Shown here: positions 1-10,364 of the stretch, piece by piece
How positions within the stretch are numbered: the stretch's first letter is position 1
How the letters are laid out: every line of letters begins with the position of its first letter
Source of the DNA: a virus
Length of the DNA stretch: 64,000 bases
Direction: 5' to 3' (one strand)
Virus record (IMG/VR): IMGVR_UViG_3300045988_117710
Program-made: the position numbers and the translations under genes
The notes under the pieces: model-generated
What the model saw: only the letters and a program-made list of their open reading frames with translations
What the model was told of the DNA's origin: nothing
Database searches by the model: none

Positions 1-1068
1 GGTTACAAAGATTTAGAGATTACAATTACTGCAGTAGATGATAATGGTACTCCTACTTCATTTACTCCAGAAACTTTCTATTCTGATAGTGTAATGTCTG
101 GAATCTATTCTACTGATGTACTTTCTACTAATTGGTTTAACTCAATAATTATTAGTAGTCCTGGTGCTGGTTATGAGGTTGGTGATACTTTCACTTTAGA
201 AAGTTTTCCTACAACTTCACCAGTGTTTACAGTAACTAGTGTTGATGGTAATGGTGCAATTCAAACTGTTAATCCAACAACATTCTCAACTAGTTCAAAT
301 ATGGGTGGTTCTTATTATGCTAGTGATATAGCTGGTAGAACTCCTGCAGTTATTTATGTTTCACCAAGTTCTGGTAATGCTGCTTTTGGTTTAAGATTCC
401 AAGTTGATTCTACTCCTAAGACACAAAATACTGAATTTGATTCATATATAACTGATTTAATCAAAGCTTTAGATGGAAGTTGGAATTCTGATATCGAAGC
501 ATTTAACTTTGTTCTTAATAAGAGAATTGATGGTAAGGTTGACCAAGTTGACTTTGATCAACATTTAGGTGATTTTGCAAATCCTCATAATGTTACTAAA
601 GAACAAATTGGTTTAGATGCTGTTGATAATACATCAGATATGGATAAGCCAATTTCTAAAGCAACTTTAGAAAGATTTCAATCTATTGATGCTCAATTAC
701 AATATTTACCTCGTTCTGTAGCAATATCTAAAGAAGGTTATGATAATTTAGTAACTAATATGTTATACAATTCTGATACTTTCTACTTTGTTACAAGAGG
801 TAATCCTCCATATAGTGTTTCATTTGCTATTTATAACGGTGGTTATGGATATAAGGTTGATGATACATTTACTATTATTGGTTCTTATAATCCTAACTTT
901 GAAGGTAAAGTTACAAAGGTAGATGCTAATGGTACTGTAGAAGAGTTTGTTATAACTAATCCATTATCTCAAGTAGACTTTGATATTTCTGGTATGTTCT
1001 CTACAACTTCTAGTGGTACAGGTTATGACTTAGTAATGTTAATAGGTTGTGAATTAATAAGTGGTTAG
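1..1068 (+). CDS. virion structural protein, 5'-truncated at the window edge
   Basis: The frame is open from nt 1 and in frame with ATG 94, so the gene starts upstream of the window. G/S/T/N-rich with repeated GxGY(K/E)VGDxFT modules. Confidence 0.5.
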   Translation, partial: GYKDLEITITAVDDNGTPTSFTPETFYSDSVMSGIYSTDVLSTNWFNSIIISSPGAGYEVGDTFTLESFPTTSPVFTVTSVDGNGAIQTVNPTTFSTSSNMGGSYYASDIAGRTPAVIYVSPSSGNAAFGLRFQVDSTPKTQNTEFDSYITDLIKALDGSWNSDIEAFNFVLNKRIDGKVDQVDFDQHLGDFANPHNVTKEQIGLDAVDNTSDMDKPISKATLERFQSIDAQLQYLPRSVAISKEGYDNLVTNMLYNSDTFYFVTRGNPPYSVSFAIYNGGYGYKVDDTFTIIGSYNPNFEGKVTKVDANGTVEEFVITNPLSQVDFDISGMFSTTSSGTGYDLVMLIGCELISG

Positions 1069-1077
1069 GAGGTATAA

Positions 1078-3000
1078 ATGAAAGCTTTTCAAACTATTGT
1101 TCCTGAAAATACAATTTCTCAATGGGTTAACGCATTTAACAATAATGCGTTAGCTTCATCTGACCATACTTTCTATCTTGGTGAGATTTTATTTAGTTCT
1201 GTTCTTTATACAGGGAATGAGACTATTGGTAAAAGAAAGATAGATTTTGGTAAGGATATTTCAGTAGATTTTACTAATGTATATCCAGATGATGTTGTTA
1301 TTGATAATTGGTATGTGTATTTCAGAAACACTAATAAGATAGTATTTATTAATGATTTACATTTAGACTTAACAGATCCAACTAAGTATGATAGTTATAC
1401 TACCGATGATTTATACTTTGTATTTCTAAATTCTGATTTAGGATACCGTGTAAGTCATAGTCCTGTTCCTAGAGGAGAGGAAGCAAGACTATTTAGATTT
1501 GTTTGTAATGGTACTACTTTTTCACAAGTAATTGCAACATTTCCTCGTTTTGGTTATTTTGGTTCTAATGGTACTTACGAAGAAGTTCTAGGTTTTGATT
1601 TAAAACCAGTTCCTGCTTTATCTGTAGGTCTTAATGATGGTATTCTTGAGTATGATGGTGTTTCTTTTACTAATCATGTTAGACCAGATAGATTAATTCG
1701 TGAAGCTGAGTATCAAGAAGCATTTAGTGTTGTTAAAGGTGGTAAAGGTTATCGTACTGATGATGTTGTTTATATTGATAGCAATTATGTAGAAGTTACT
1801 GGTGTTAATCTAGATCCTGATGCTTGTAATGCGTGGGTTAGTGGTGAGTCTTATTCTTCTGGTGATGAAGCTTATATCGAAGATTTAGGTTTATATCGTT
1901 CTTTAATTGAAGATAATACAATTAAACCTGGTACAGATGCTAGTGCTTGGACTTTTATTGATTATGTAGGTGTTGTTACTTCTATTATTCGTTCTGAAAG
2001 TTCATCAGTTTCTACTTATGGTACAGGTCTTGAGATTGAATCAATCCAATCATATAAACCATGTAATATAATCTATAATACTAGAGAGAATGGTTTAGAC
2101 TTCGATAGTTCTTCTATTAATATTGATTCTAGTTCATGTTTAGATTACACAAATAATACTTATATTGAAATTCCTTATGGTAAGTTCTCTATTCAAAGAG
2201 TTATGTATGATTATCTTCAAGATACTTTAGTATTTCAATATGGTAATGCTTATTATGATTCTTTAGATGAAGCTGTAGATGCTATCTATTCAGTTGATTA
2301 TCCATTCCCATATGGAACTTATATCTTCCCTGTTCTTGGATTTATGTGTGTTAAGTCTGGATGTACTAATGTTATGGATGAAGAACAATGTAGATTCATT
2401 CAAATTCGTACTAGAACAAGTGATATTCGTGATACTGAATTACTTGCTACAGATGATTATGCAAGAGGTTTAATCGTTGATGCAATGAGATTAATTAAGG
2501 ATTTACAACAACAGATTAATGTACTTAGAGCTGATTTAGATTCTGCTAAGAAAAGATTAAGTGCACATACTTCTGATTATGCAAATCCTCATAGAACAAC
2601 TCCATGGAATTTAGTTAATGGATTCAATAAGGATAGTTGGTTAGATCCTAATACAGGAAATCCATGGAAAGTTGAAGATTTACCTTTACGTGAAGGTTCA
2701 CCTACTAAGGTTTATATTGATAAGGAAGTTGCAAAGATTAATACTACTATAACTAACTTAAAAGATATTTATGTTAAGAAGTCTGGTGATACAATGACTG
2801 GTACTTTAACTATTAATAAGGATTTGGCTTTAGTTGCTAATGGTACTTGTAATTTAGGTAGAGCTGGTATTGTAAGTGCTAACTCAGTTGGTGCAGTTAA
2901 GATTATGCCACAATTTATTGTATGTAATGGTTACTCATTCTTCGTTGGTGCTTTACCTGTAGGTGCTGATGCTAATAAAGCGTATGGTATTATGAAATAA
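1078..3000 (+). CDS. tail fibre-like structural protein
   Basis: AGGAGG RBS 7 nt upstream. 640 aa with a C-terminal coiled-coil segment (LQQQINVLRADLDSAKKRL), typical of fibre proteins. Confidence 0.5.
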   Translation: MKAFQTIVPENTISQWVNAFNNNALASSDHTFYLGEILFSSVLYTGNETIGKRKIDFGKDISVDFTNVYPDDVVIDNWYVYFRNTNKIVFINDLHLDLTDPTKYDSYTTDDLYFVFLNSDLGYRVSHSPVPRGEEARLFRFVCNGTTFSQVIATFPRFGYFGSNGTYEEVLGFDLKPVPALSVGLNDGILEYDGVSFTNHVRPDRLIREAEYQEAFSVVKGGKGYRTDDVVYIDSNYVEVTGVNLDPDACNAWVSGESYSSGDEAYIEDLGLYRSLIEDNTIKPGTDASAWTFIDYVGVVTSIIRSESSSVSTYGTGLEIESIQSYKPCNIIYNTRENGLDFDSSSINIDSSSCLDYTNNTYIEIPYGKFSIQRVMYDYLQDTLVFQYGNAYYDSLDEAVDAIYSVDYPFPYGTYIFPVLGFMCVKSGCTNVMDEEQCRFIQIRTRTSDIRDTELLATDDYARGLIVDAMRLIKDLQQQINVLRADLDSAKKRLSAHTSDYANPHRTTPWNLVNGFNKDSWLDPNTGNPWKVEDLPLREGSPTKVYIDKEVAKINTTITNLKDIYVKKSGDTMTGTLTINKDLALVANGTCNLGRAGIVSANSVGAVKIMPQFIVCNGYSFFVGALPVGADANKAYGIMK

Positions 3001-3015
3001 TAGGGAGGTGTGATT

Positions 3016-4035
3016 ATGGCATTATTACCAAATTACTCACCATTTTTTAAGTATAGAGGTTCCCATGATATTTACTCTTTAGGTTATAATACTCACTATT
3101 ATGATTGGACAAAGGGTGAAGGTACTACGGATTATATAGCTCACTTCATATATAATCCGCAGTCCACTAATGGTTCTACTGGTAAGATTATTAAGGGTGA
3201 CTTTTGTTTACATGGTGTTGCTAGTTGGAATACTAAATATGTTGCAGGTTATTCTGCTGAAGGTTCTTGGGGTATTCAAGTTAAGTTATGGTGTCATGAT
3301 AGAAGACTTGGTACAGATCCAACTAAATCAAATCAGTGGGTTGATAGAACTTCTTCATTAAGAATCACTCCTAATAATACTTGTATCAAGATGAATACTT
3401 ATTGGAATACCGAAACATTCCAAAGTGGTAGACCAATATATGGTATTTCTATTCACAAGAATGGAGAACATGTTACTTATGATACTAGTCAGTTAGTTGG
3501 TATGTCTGCTACAGCAATTATTGATAAACTTAAGAGTGAAGGATATCATGGTAATAGAGGTTTTGACCATGATCCATTCTATTTACCTGAACTTGTTGCT
3601 TATCGTTACCAATCTAATAATGGTAGTTGGAGTCCTTCTTCTAGTCACATTACTCCTTTTTATAGAGGTATCGTTAATATTAGTTATAATTCCTATACTC
3701 GTTCTAATACTAAGAAATCAACTGTTGATGGTGGTGGAGGAAATGAGTTAGAGTATAAATTTATCTTTGATAAGAACAATGGAGTTGGGTTAGATTATTT
3801 CAGACTTCAGTTCATTGTTGAAGGTATGAGTTGGTTCTTTCCAGAGAAACCAATATTTGCTGATTATAATAAGATAGACAATCCAATGTTATCAGTTCCT
3901 GATTTTTGTAATAGAAGTGATATTGTTAATTGGCCAGATAGATTCGATGCTATGTCTTATTACTATGATGGTTCTTGGAAGAAGTCTATTCCATTATTTA
4001 AGTTTTATGATGGTAGCAATTGGGTATGTTTTTAA
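3016..4035 (+). CDS. hypothetical virion protein
   Basis: GGGAGG RBS then ATG at 3016. The ORF-track start at 3010 is a GTG inside the spacer. Confidence 0.5.
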   Translation: MALLPNYSPFFKYRGSHDIYSLGYNTHYYDWTKGEGTTDYIAHFIYNPQSTNGSTGKIIKGDFCLHGVASWNTKYVAGYSAEGSWGIQVKLWCHDRRLGTDPTKSNQWVDRTSSLRITPNNTCIKMNTYWNTETFQSGRPIYGISIHKNGEHVTYDTSQLVGMSATAIIDKLKSEGYHGNRGFDHDPFYLPELVAYRYQSNNGSWSPSSSHITPFYRGIVNISYNSYTRSNTKKSTVDGGGGNELEYKFIFDKNNGVGLDYFRLQFIVEGMSWFFPEKPIFADYNKIDNPMLSVPDFCNRSDIVNWPDRFDAMSYYYDGSWKKSIPLFKFYDGSNWVCF

Positions 4036-4068
4036 TATATTATATAAGAGGCGATAAGGAGAGGTTAT

Positions 4069-7000
4069 ATGGCAATTTATAAGTCAAATATTTTACAAGC
4101 CACTGGTGCTGAAAGAATAACTGTTGCTGATGTAGATAGTGTTTATCTTGAACCTGGTTTACATTTCTTACCTGAAGTCTATACTGTAGTTATAGATGGT
4201 TTGAATAAAGATGTAGCTGTTGAGGGTTCTTCAAAGTTCACTTATGATGCTTGGGCAGTTATTTGTACTAATTCAAACAAAGCCGAACGTGGTGGTTATA
4301 CATCTTCAAGAATTCAGATTTGGATTCCAGTAGGTAATCGTGATAATAGCTCTCCTTACTATTTATCTGATACTAAGAACTATTTCTTTATAAGAATGAG
4401 AAATGGTGATTTACCTGGTGATGGTTGGGGTAGTTTTAGATTATTTGCTAGTGGTGAATCAGTTTCCTATGTAGGTACTGAAGAAGGTTTCTATTTAGTA
4501 GATAATAAAGACTTTAGATATCCTGTTATCCAATCTGATAATAGTAAGGCAGATAAAGTTTCTACTATTGTGGAAACAACTTTTGGTGGTACTAAGTACA
4601 AAGCTGGTGAGATTATACCTACAAGTTCTAAGTTTATTAATGCTCAGATTTTAGGTGTAGATGCTTCTGGTACTCCTACTAGAGTTGCTTTAACTAATAA
4701 GAATGTAACTGCAACTGAAGGTTCTGGTTGTACTATTACTATTGATATGCCAGATTTTAGTTTTATATCTGGTGCTAATTATTCAAAGAATGACATTATT
4801 CCTACAAGTGATGTTAATATAAATGCTAAGGTTTTAGCTGTTGATGAGTTTGGTACTCCTACAGAGTTAGTTCTTACAGAGTCACCAACTACTGCTACTA
4901 ATGGTTCTGGTTGTACAGTAACTATTAATAATTCAATTGTTGAAGTAGATAGATTTGGAAATCTTCGTGAGTCTAAACTTAAAGCATCTTTGATTGATTC
5001 TTACACATTTACTTATCAAGATTCTTATGTGTATGAACTTAATTTCGATGAATCTTATGATGAGTCTGAATTAGCTGCGGCTGGTTCTGATTATGGTTTT
5101 GGTTATACACCATTCTCATTTGAGAATTTTAATTATTCCTTAATTGATAAGTATACTGGTAAGGCAATTGAGAATGCTGAAGTTTCATTTAATACTTCTA
5201 AAGGTCCTTACATTCCTGCAGTTAATCCTGGTTCATTAATTTGGTATGGATTTGTTGATGTTAATGGTAAGGTTACTACAGAAGATGGTACAGGTTATAA
5301 GAATGGAGATAAGTTTACATTTGTTGTAGATGGTAATACTTATAATGGTACTGTTACTGATGCTTCTGCTCATCCTATTAAGATTTCTCATAATATTCCA
5401 TCAGGTCCTAGTGGAGCTCTTTGGAGTTTATCTGAAGGTGCTTATAGTACAACTAATACGAGTGGTACTGGTAAAGGTTTAAGAGTAATTATAACTCATT
5501 CAATTCCTGCACCTAATTATACAATTGATCCTAATCATGAGAATCCTGATATTCCAGATAAATGTTTAGTTTGGTCTGGGGTTAAGGCAATTACTAACGA
5601 GTCTATGACTAAGGTTGGTGTAATATTTATACCATTTACTATTTCATTTGACCAAACAATTAATGGTCAAATAACTCATATAGAAGAACATGGAACTGTT
5701 ACTGTTGTAGGTCTTTATGGTACTAAACCATATTGGATAGCTTCTAACTTTAATACAGTTTCATATAATACAACTTCTGCTGAGGGATGGGAAGTTGGTG
5801 ATGCATTTACAATTAATGTTTTAGGTGTTAAGTATCGTGGTCAAATTCTAGATACAACTACAGATCCTTATAACATTATTACTGATATTCCTCAAAGTTC
5901 TGACAAGAATATGACAGGACAATATATTGCAGTTTCTGATCCTGAAGATGCTGATAAGAAGAACCTAGTAGTTAATATTAACTCTGTTAACTCTCATACT
6001 TATAAGTTAGGTAATTCTTATGTTGATCCTCATGGTGGTTACGATCCTGCATTCTATTCTAACTCTCAAGTTGATATTCTATGTAATCAATTGAAGTTAC
6101 CAAATGGTACTGATTGGAATATTGTTGCTTATTCTGGAATTCATGATAATAGAGAGTTCAAAGAATTAGCAAGAACAACTACTATTAGTAATGATGCTAC
6201 TAAACGTTCTGATTATAAGATTCCAACTGAAGCTGCAATTGGTGATTGGGTAGAATCAAAGCTTGATAGTGATGTTGTTAAGAGTTTAGTTGCTGATTGG
6301 ACAGCAAGTGGTGAACAAATTCATTTAGTATTAAGTTCTGGTAAGGATGCTTCAGTTGTTACTGTTCCTTATGCAAGTTCAACTCAAGATGGTTTAATCA
6401 AGAAAGAGATGTATGACCAAATCAATCTTGACCATACTACTTTAGAGTCATTAAAAGGTTTAGATTCAATTGCTGCTAACTTAGGTAAGAAGAGTGAAAT
6501 TACACAAGCGAAGATGAATCAAGCTTGGGCTGCAGCTGGTAAGGGAAATCCTGTTGAAGGTAATAAGATTATCAATACATCTGAAGGTGATAACCAAGGT
6601 CACAACTGGATGTACTTAAATATGGGTGGAGTTGTTCAATGGTATGACATTGGTTCTGGTAATGTTGCAATTGCTACTAACTCAATGCAAGGTGTTGTAA
6701 TGGGAACTCCTCCAGATACTGAATATGATTACTTATCTGAAGTTGTTAAGCAAACTGGTTCAGCAGTTAACTTTATTAATGAAACTTTAACTACTTCATT
6801 AGCTGGTGCAACTGATTTTGAAGTTGTAGTTGACAATACAGATTCTGAAGGTAATATTACTGCTTATACTCTTAAGTATAAAAATGCAACTCCTCCTAGA
6901 GGTGTTCAAGAATTTATGCTTAGTGGTGTTTCATTTAAGAAGAATCATACAACTCCATTGTATTATACAAATGTTATAGTTTATGATTCGTCTGCTGCAA

Positions 7001-8259
7001 GTGGTTATGTTAATAAGGAATCATTTAAGATTAATGGTATTACTGGTGATTATAATGGTTATGTTATTAACTCATTTGTAAATCCACTTGAATGTATTTC
7101 TAATATTCCTGTTAAGACACCAACTAATATATCTGGTACTTATACAACTACTTCTACAAATGGTACTGGTGCTGGATTAAAGGTTGTTGTAGTATCTACT
7201 CCTTACTATGAAAGTGTAGATTTAAGATTAAATATTACTTCTTGGACTTTACCAAGTAATACAGTACAAATTGCTGATGCTGAAGGTCGTATGACTGTTC
7301 AAGGTGTTGCTACCTTAGCAGACCAAGTTACTTTCTTAAGAGAGAATAAAGCTGATAAAAAAGAGATTACAGTTACAAGTTCAGATTCTTCTATAGTTAT
7401 TACTAAGCCAGAAGGATTTGAAGATGATCCTAAATTTGATTTGAAGTTCAATTTATCTGGTTCAACTCAATGGGTTACATTGACAGGATTAATTGATGGT
7501 TTAACTTCTTCTTGGGATTTAACTAATTACTTCTCTGGTTTATCTACTAATAATACTGAATTCTATTACGGTGATGGTATTTTAATACCTGGTATTGACT
7601 ATACATTTGTAAGTTCAGTTCTAATTAATCAAGGTGGTGCTGGATATAAAGTTGGTGAAGTTGTAATGCTTGATAATGATTCATTACGTTCTGCCAAGGT
7701 TTTAGCTGTAGGTGCTGCTGGTCAAATTACTGATGCTGAAGTTACTACTGCATTACCTACTCCTACTGATGGTACTGGTGCTCAGTTATCTGCTCAATTC
7801 ATATTTACAAGTTTAAAAGAACCTTATATGAATTCTGCTAACAATAGAACATTTATGGCGAAAGCTGTTAAGTTATCATTGATTTCTGAATTATCTGGTG
7901 TGTCTGCTGTAGTAGACCCTACGAATACTATTAACTGTGGTGTTCAAGATAATACAGCAACAATTGGTTTAAATGTTCAAGCTGTGCTTAGAGCAAATAG
8001 TTCTCAACCATGTTATATTAACTTAGCTACTCCAACTCCTTCACCAAATATTGTTACTCAAGGTTCTATTGTTGGATTGTTACAACAGTTAACTAATAAT
8101 GTGGATTATATAATGAAGAATGCTGTATGGAAGTATAATACAAATGCAAATAAGATTGAAATTGCAATCCAAGATGCACCTGTTACTCCTAAAGCAAATA
8201 CTGATATCTTGAAGATTAGACCATCTGATTTAGGTCAAGATGCTAATCCATTAGGATAG
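4069..8259 (+). CDS. large virion structural protein (1396 aa) with internal domain repeats
   Basis: AAGGAGAGG RBS. Tandem ~60-aa repeats (IIPTS..GTPT..L(T/V)..TATxGSGCT(I/V)TI). Recurring GTGxGL(K/R)VV and GxGYKVG(E/D) modules. Confidence 0.55.
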   Translation: MAIYKSNILQATGAERITVADVDSVYLEPGLHFLPEVYTVVIDGLNKDVAVEGSSKFTYDAWAVICTNSNKAERGGYTSSRIQIWIPVGNRDNSSPYYLSDTKNYFFIRMRNGDLPGDGWGSFRLFASGESVSYVGTEEGFYLVDNKDFRYPVIQSDNSKADKVSTIVETTFGGTKYKAGEIIPTSSKFINAQILGVDASGTPTRVALTNKNVTATEGSGCTITIDMPDFSFISGANYSKNDIIPTSDVNINAKVLAVDEFGTPTELVLTESPTTATNGSGCTVTINNSIVEVDRFGNLRESKLKASLIDSYTFTYQDSYVYELNFDESYDESELAAAGSDYGFGYTPFSFENFNYSLIDKYTGKAIENAEVSFNTSKGPYIPAVNPGSLIWYGFVDVNGKVTTEDGTGYKNGDKFTFVVDGNTYNGTVTDASAHPIKISHNIPSGPSGALWSLSEGAYSTTNTSGTGKGLRVIITHSIPAPNYTIDPNHENPDIPDKCLVWSGVKAITNESMTKVGVIFIPFTISFDQTINGQITHIEEHGTVTVVGLYGTKPYWIASNFNTVSYNTTSAEGWEVGDAFTINVLGVKYRGQILDTTTDPYNIITDIPQSSDKNMTGQYIAVSDPEDADKKNLVVNINSVNSHTYKLGNSYVDPHGGYDPAFYSNSQVDILCNQLKLPNGTDWNIVAYSGIHDNREFKELARTTTISNDATKRSDYKIPTEAAIGDWVESKLDSDVVKSLVADWTASGEQIHLVLSSGKDASVVTVPYASSTQDGLIKKEMYDQINLDHTTLESLKGLDSIAANLGKKSEITQAKMNQAWAAAGKGNPVEGNKIINTSEGDNQGHNWMYLNMGGVVQWYDIGSGNVAIATNSMQGVVMGTPPDTEYDYLSEVVKQTGSAVNFINETLTTSLAGATDFEVVVDNTDSEGNITAYTLKYKNATPPRGVQEFMLSGVSFKKNHTTPLYYTNVIVYDSSAASGYVNKESFKINGITGDYNGYVINSFVNPLECISNIPVKTPTNISGTYTTTSTNGTGAGLKVVVVSTPYYESVDLRLNITSWTLPSNTVQIADAEGRMTVQGVATLADQVTFLRENKADKKEITVTSSDSSIVITKPEGFEDDPKFDLKFNLSGSTQWVTLTGLIDGLTSSWDLTNYFSGLSTNNTEFYYGDGILIPGIDYTFVSSVLINQGGAGYKVGEVVMLDNDSLRSAKVLAVGAAGQITDAEVTTALPTPTDGTGAQLSAQFIFTSLKEPYMNSANNRTFMAKAVKLSLISELSGVSAVVDPTNTINCGVQDNTATIGLNVQAVLRANSSQPCYINLATPTPSPNIVTQGSIVGLLQQLTNNVDYIMKNAVWKYNTNANKIEIAIQDAPVTPKANTDILKIRPSDLGQDANPLG

Positions 8260-8265
8260 GTTATT

Positions 8266-8296
8266 AAGAACAAGTGAAAGCTTGTTCTTTTCTTTT
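8266..8296 (+). terminator. intrinsic terminator
   Basis: 9-bp stem AAGAACAAG/CTTGTTCTT followed by a T-tract. Confidence 0.7.
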
Positions 8297-8305
8297 TCGT
8301 ATAAT
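8291..8305 (+). promoter_or_regulatory. promoter P1, TTTTTCGTATAAT type
   Basis: TCTTTTTCGTATAAT sits on the terminator U-tract. -10 at 8300-8305. Confidence 0.5.
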
Positions 8306-8350
8306 ATTACTAGAGTTATTAATTATCGATGACCACTTCAAAAGGTTTTG

Positions 8351-8365
8351 GTTGTTTCGTATAAT
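8351..8365 (+). promoter_or_regulatory. promoter P2 (tandem to P1) for the dam gene
   Basis: GTTGTTTCGTATAAT. -10 at 8360-8365, 18 nt before the ATG at 8383. Confidence 0.5.
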
Positions 8366-8382
8366 TTAGTGAGGTGTATATT

Positions 8383-9552
8383 ATGTCAGTGACAAAAGCA
8401 AAGTGTATTGGTTATTTAGGTACGAAGACAGGGATTGCGGATCCTATTTTTGCAACATTGGTTCAGAGAGAACAAGATTTAGAGAGTAAGAACTTCTATG
8501 ATTTGTTTGGTGGTGGAGGAAGTATGTCGTCTTTCTTTGCTGAAGCTGGTTGGAATGTTCTTTACAATGAGTTCAATAACAATATTAAGTCTTTATTTGA
8601 GTATGTTGTGTTAGATAAGTTACCTGATTCTTTTTGGACAAAGCCAGAGTGGGTTTCTAGAGAGAAGTTTAAGGATGTTGTAACTAATCAAAGCAAATAT
8701 GATCCTTGGTTTGTAGGTTATTGTCAAGCTTGTTGGTCTTTCTCTGGTACTCAAGATTCTTATATGTATGGTGATTTATATGAAGAGTATAAGAAATTAG
8801 TTCACGATTGTTATGTGTATTGGGAGAATGGTGAACCACAACAGGAAGCTGTAGATGCCTATAATAGACTTAAAGAAGTTATAGCTGGTCTTACTTTCTT
8901 TGGAGAGTCTTTACCATTTGAATCTGATTTACCTTTATTTAGAATGACTAGTTTAACTGAGATTAAGAATTGGGCAAATCAATCTCTTAAGGTTATGGTT
9001 GATATTTGGAATAGACATAATCCAGATAATAAATTTAAGACAGCACAAGAGTTGAATGCTTATCTTAAGAAGAATGCTAAGGGTTCACCAGAAGCACAAG
9101 ATTTCAATGTCCTATATACTTTTGTTCAATCTTTTGGTAGATTGGAGTGGAATTCGAAGTTAGTTTCTTTAGAACCTTTGAGAGGTATGACTAAGAATAC
9201 AACAGGTCAAATTACGTTCAAATGGGGCTCATATGATGAGGTTGATATTCCTGATGGTTCTTTGGTTTATTGTGACCCACCATATGCTAAAACGGCTTCT
9301 TATGCGTCTAATAGTGAGGGTGGATTTGACCATGGTAAGTTCTGGCAATGGGTTCGTGAGAAGTCTAAAACTTGTTCAGTTTATGTTTCTGAAGAGACTG
9401 CTCCAGATGATTTCTATTCTGTATTAGATATTCCTTTAGCAAGAGGTTTAGGTTCTGGTAAAGGTGATGGTACTAAGAAGATTGCCATTGAGAAGTTATT
9501 TGTTCATGAGTCAAAACTCACTGAAAAGGATAGACAAGATTTAGGTTTATAG
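8383..9552 (+). CDS. dam: Dam-family N6-adenine DNA methyltransferase
   Basis: Motif I FGGGGS near the N-terminus and motif IV LVYCDPPYA. These are collinear with E. coli Dam (VEPFVGAGS ... VVYCDPPYAP). RBS GTGAGGTG. Confidence 0.8.
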   Translation: MSVTKAKCIGYLGTKTGIADPIFATLVQREQDLESKNFYDLFGGGGSMSSFFAEAGWNVLYNEFNNNIKSLFEYVVLDKLPDSFWTKPEWVSREKFKDVVTNQSKYDPWFVGYCQACWSFSGTQDSYMYGDLYEEYKKLVHDCYVYWENGEPQQEAVDAYNRLKEVIAGLTFFGESLPFESDLPLFRMTSLTEIKNWANQSLKVMVDIWNRHNPDNKFKTAQELNAYLKKNAKGSPEAQDFNVLYTFVQSFGRLEWNSKLVSLEPLRGMTKNTTGQITFKWGSYDEVDIPDGSLVYCDPPYAKTASYASNSEGGFDHGKFWQWVREKSKTCSVYVSEETAPDDFYSVLDIPLARGLGSGKGDGTKKIAIEKLFVHESKLTEKDRQDLGL

Positions 9553-9597
9553 TTATATATTACAATAGTATGTTATAATGATATTGGAGGAGATATT

Positions 9598-10347
9598 ATG
9601 AACAAATTGTTTGAAAGTGTTGATAGTTTATTCTCAAGTAATTCTAGTGTTATTTTAGAAGCAGAGTTTATTCCTGCTACTTGGGATGATGCAATTGGTA
9701 CAAGTTATTTAACTGTAATTAATCCAGATATTAATCCTAATGATTTAGAGAAGGTATTAGGTCCTAGTCTTGGTCCTTCTAGTGATGGTAAGAGTGATTA
9801 TAATTGGATTGTTAAGTACAATGATGAAGTGTTTGCTGTATATGATTACAAGGGTGATCGTTGGCATATTGGTGGTGAAACTGATAGTAATGTCAATGGG
9901 TTTATTGAAGCCCTTACTAATGGTTTAAGTTCTTTATCTGAAGATGAAGAATCAAAGAGTGAACGTGGACATAGAGAGTTTTATGATTATATAGTTAATA
10001 CTATTAAGAATGGAGATTCTAAAAATGAGAAGAGACCTTGTACAGTATGTGATTTCTCAAATATAGAAATTGCTCCTTTTAATGAGAGTGATCCTTATTA
10101 TTTCAATATTATTTTCAAGAATATTCCTGATTCTTCAAACAACAAATATGTTGAGTCTTATTTAGTAACTAACTTTATAGAAACTGATGGTTATTACAAA
10201 CCTATCAATTCTATTACTTTGAGTGATGGTTCTTATATTCTTGATGTCGATACAAGAGTAGCTGATGAAACATTTAATACTGTTAAACCTTTTACAGCTA
10301 TTCTAGATGAGATTTATGATATTGTTTATAATAACAATATAGCTTAG
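9598..10347 (+). CDS. hypothetical protein (acidic)
   Basis: GGAGGA RBS, 249 aa. Confidence 0.6.
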   Translation: MNKLFESVDSLFSSNSSVILEAEFIPATWDDAIGTSYLTVINPDINPNDLEKVLGPSLGPSSDGKSDYNWIVKYNDEVFAVYDYKGDRWHIGGETDSNVNGFIEALTNGLSSLSEDEESKSERGHREFYDYIVNTIKNGDSKNEKRPCTVCDFSNIEIAPFNESDPYYFNIIFKNIPDSSNNKYVESYLVTNFIETDGYYKPINSITLSDGSYILDVDTRVADETFNTVKPFTAILDEIYDIVYNNNIA

Positions 10348-10364
10348 TAGAATGATAAGGAGGA

